Origin: Octopus sinensis
Lineage: Eukaryota
Direction of reading: 5' to 3'
Assembly (NCBI RefSeq): GCF_006345805.1
Contig: NC_043002.1
Location: 4,340,001 to 4,404,000 of the forward strand
DNA length: 64,000 bases
Under the pieces are notes generated by a model. It saw only the letters and a list, made by a program, of their open reading frames with translations. It searched no databases and was not told where the DNA came from. Below, piece after piece: positions 63,031 to 64,000 of this stretch. The first letter of the stretch is position 1, and every line of letters begins with the position of its first letter. The translations under genes were made by a program, and so were the position numbers.

Positions 63031-63492
63031 ATATAATACATATAATTATTATTAATAATATCAAAAGGTAATCGGAATATTAGAAATATTAGAAATGTCC
63101 ATTACCAGTGGCCTAGCATGTTAATTTTTAGTCAAGAGACAATATATTATTCATATAAATACAGTTTACATTTAAACGCATAAGAGATATCCATCATACT
63201 TGCACGTTAGAAAGGACAGTTAAATTCCAAACCACTATTAGAGATAAAATTTCGAAGGGAATGAATAATAAAAACATTTACCATCTAACTCTTGGACCAA
63301 TGGTTTCAGACTTTTTTTCAATTGAAAAGCCGGCATAACGGGATGTAAACACGCAAACATCAGTTGTCAAGCGATGGTGGGGGGACAAACACAGACACAA
63401 ATAACAAACAAAACATACACACACACATATTAATACTATATATATATATATATATATTTTATATATATATATTATATCCATATATATATATA

Positions 63493-63600
63493 TAAATGAA
63501 AGAATGGAGTCGAAGAAGATATTAACAAAATTCCTTTACTCTCGACATATGTTTCGAAGACGACATACTCTTAATTCGTTCGACTCCATTCTTTCATTTA
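63493..63600. repeat. 22-bp perfect inverted repeat enclosing a hammerhead 3' half
   Basis: TAAATGAAAGAATGGAGTCGAA (63493-63514) and its reverse complement (63579-63600); minus-strand GAAACATATGTC at 63544-63555. Confidence 0.7.
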
Positions 63601-63718
63601 TTCATATAAAAAAAACACACAAAATTTCCACAAAAAGAACCCTGAGTTTCTACCCTTGACATGTAGCTTCAAACCGTGTTTTCTAACGTGAATTTGCTAC
63701 CCAGGTATCGGTTAACCG

Positions 63719-63818
63719 NNNNNNNNNNNNNNNNNNNNNNNNNNNNNNNNNNNNNNNNNNNNNNNNNNNNNNNNNNNNNNNNNNNNNNNNNNNNNNNNNN
63801 NNNNNNNNNNNNNNNNNN
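63719..63818. other. Assembly gap (100 N)
   Basis: Run of N. Confidence 1.
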
Positions 63819-63901
63819 CTTTCAGTAGCGGCACCAGCGCCAACGGAAGCAGCAATAACTCGCCGCCACTACCATCACCACTACCAACATCATCATCAAC
63901 G

Positions 63902-63955
<54 letters not shown>

Positions 63956-64000
63956 GCAAACCAGCACTAGCAGCAACAGGAATAGCTCGCCGCCACTACC

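Overview
Eukaryotic, AT-rich, microsatellite-saturated non-coding DNA. The repeat families (tRNA-derived SINEs with internal (TA)n/(TG)n tracts, Tx1, R4/Dong, CR1 and Penelope fragments) are what I would expect in an Octopus genome; that species assignment is inference only. There is no intact multi-exon gene, rRNA, true tRNA or CRISPR array. Almost all six-frame ORFs are translations of simple repeats. Recognisable protein-coding sequence is limited to decayed transposons: three Tx1/L1-clade LINE pieces, two R4-type RLE pieces, a CR1-type 3' end, Penelope-like (PLE) GIY-YIG/linker pieces at three loci, a Tc1 deletion derivative, a full-length but dead mariner and a Helitron helicase C-terminus. 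A few short segments with good splice signals may be exons of host genes with very large introns. The most interesting signal is a set of minimal type I hammerhead ribozyme motifs, most in short non-coding PLE-type elements whose post-ribozyme tail is duplicated in inverted orientation. Their catalytic cores differ: canonical C3:G8 at 37.5 kb, a swapped G3:C8 at 15.0 kb, U4C at 51.0 and 35.5 kb, and a possible U3:A8 at 60.3 kb. Also notable are headless SINE multimers with a fixed GGTATT junction and a SINE 3' tail shared with the CR1-type LINE in the same window. Family labels A, B, B2, C and E are my own working names.
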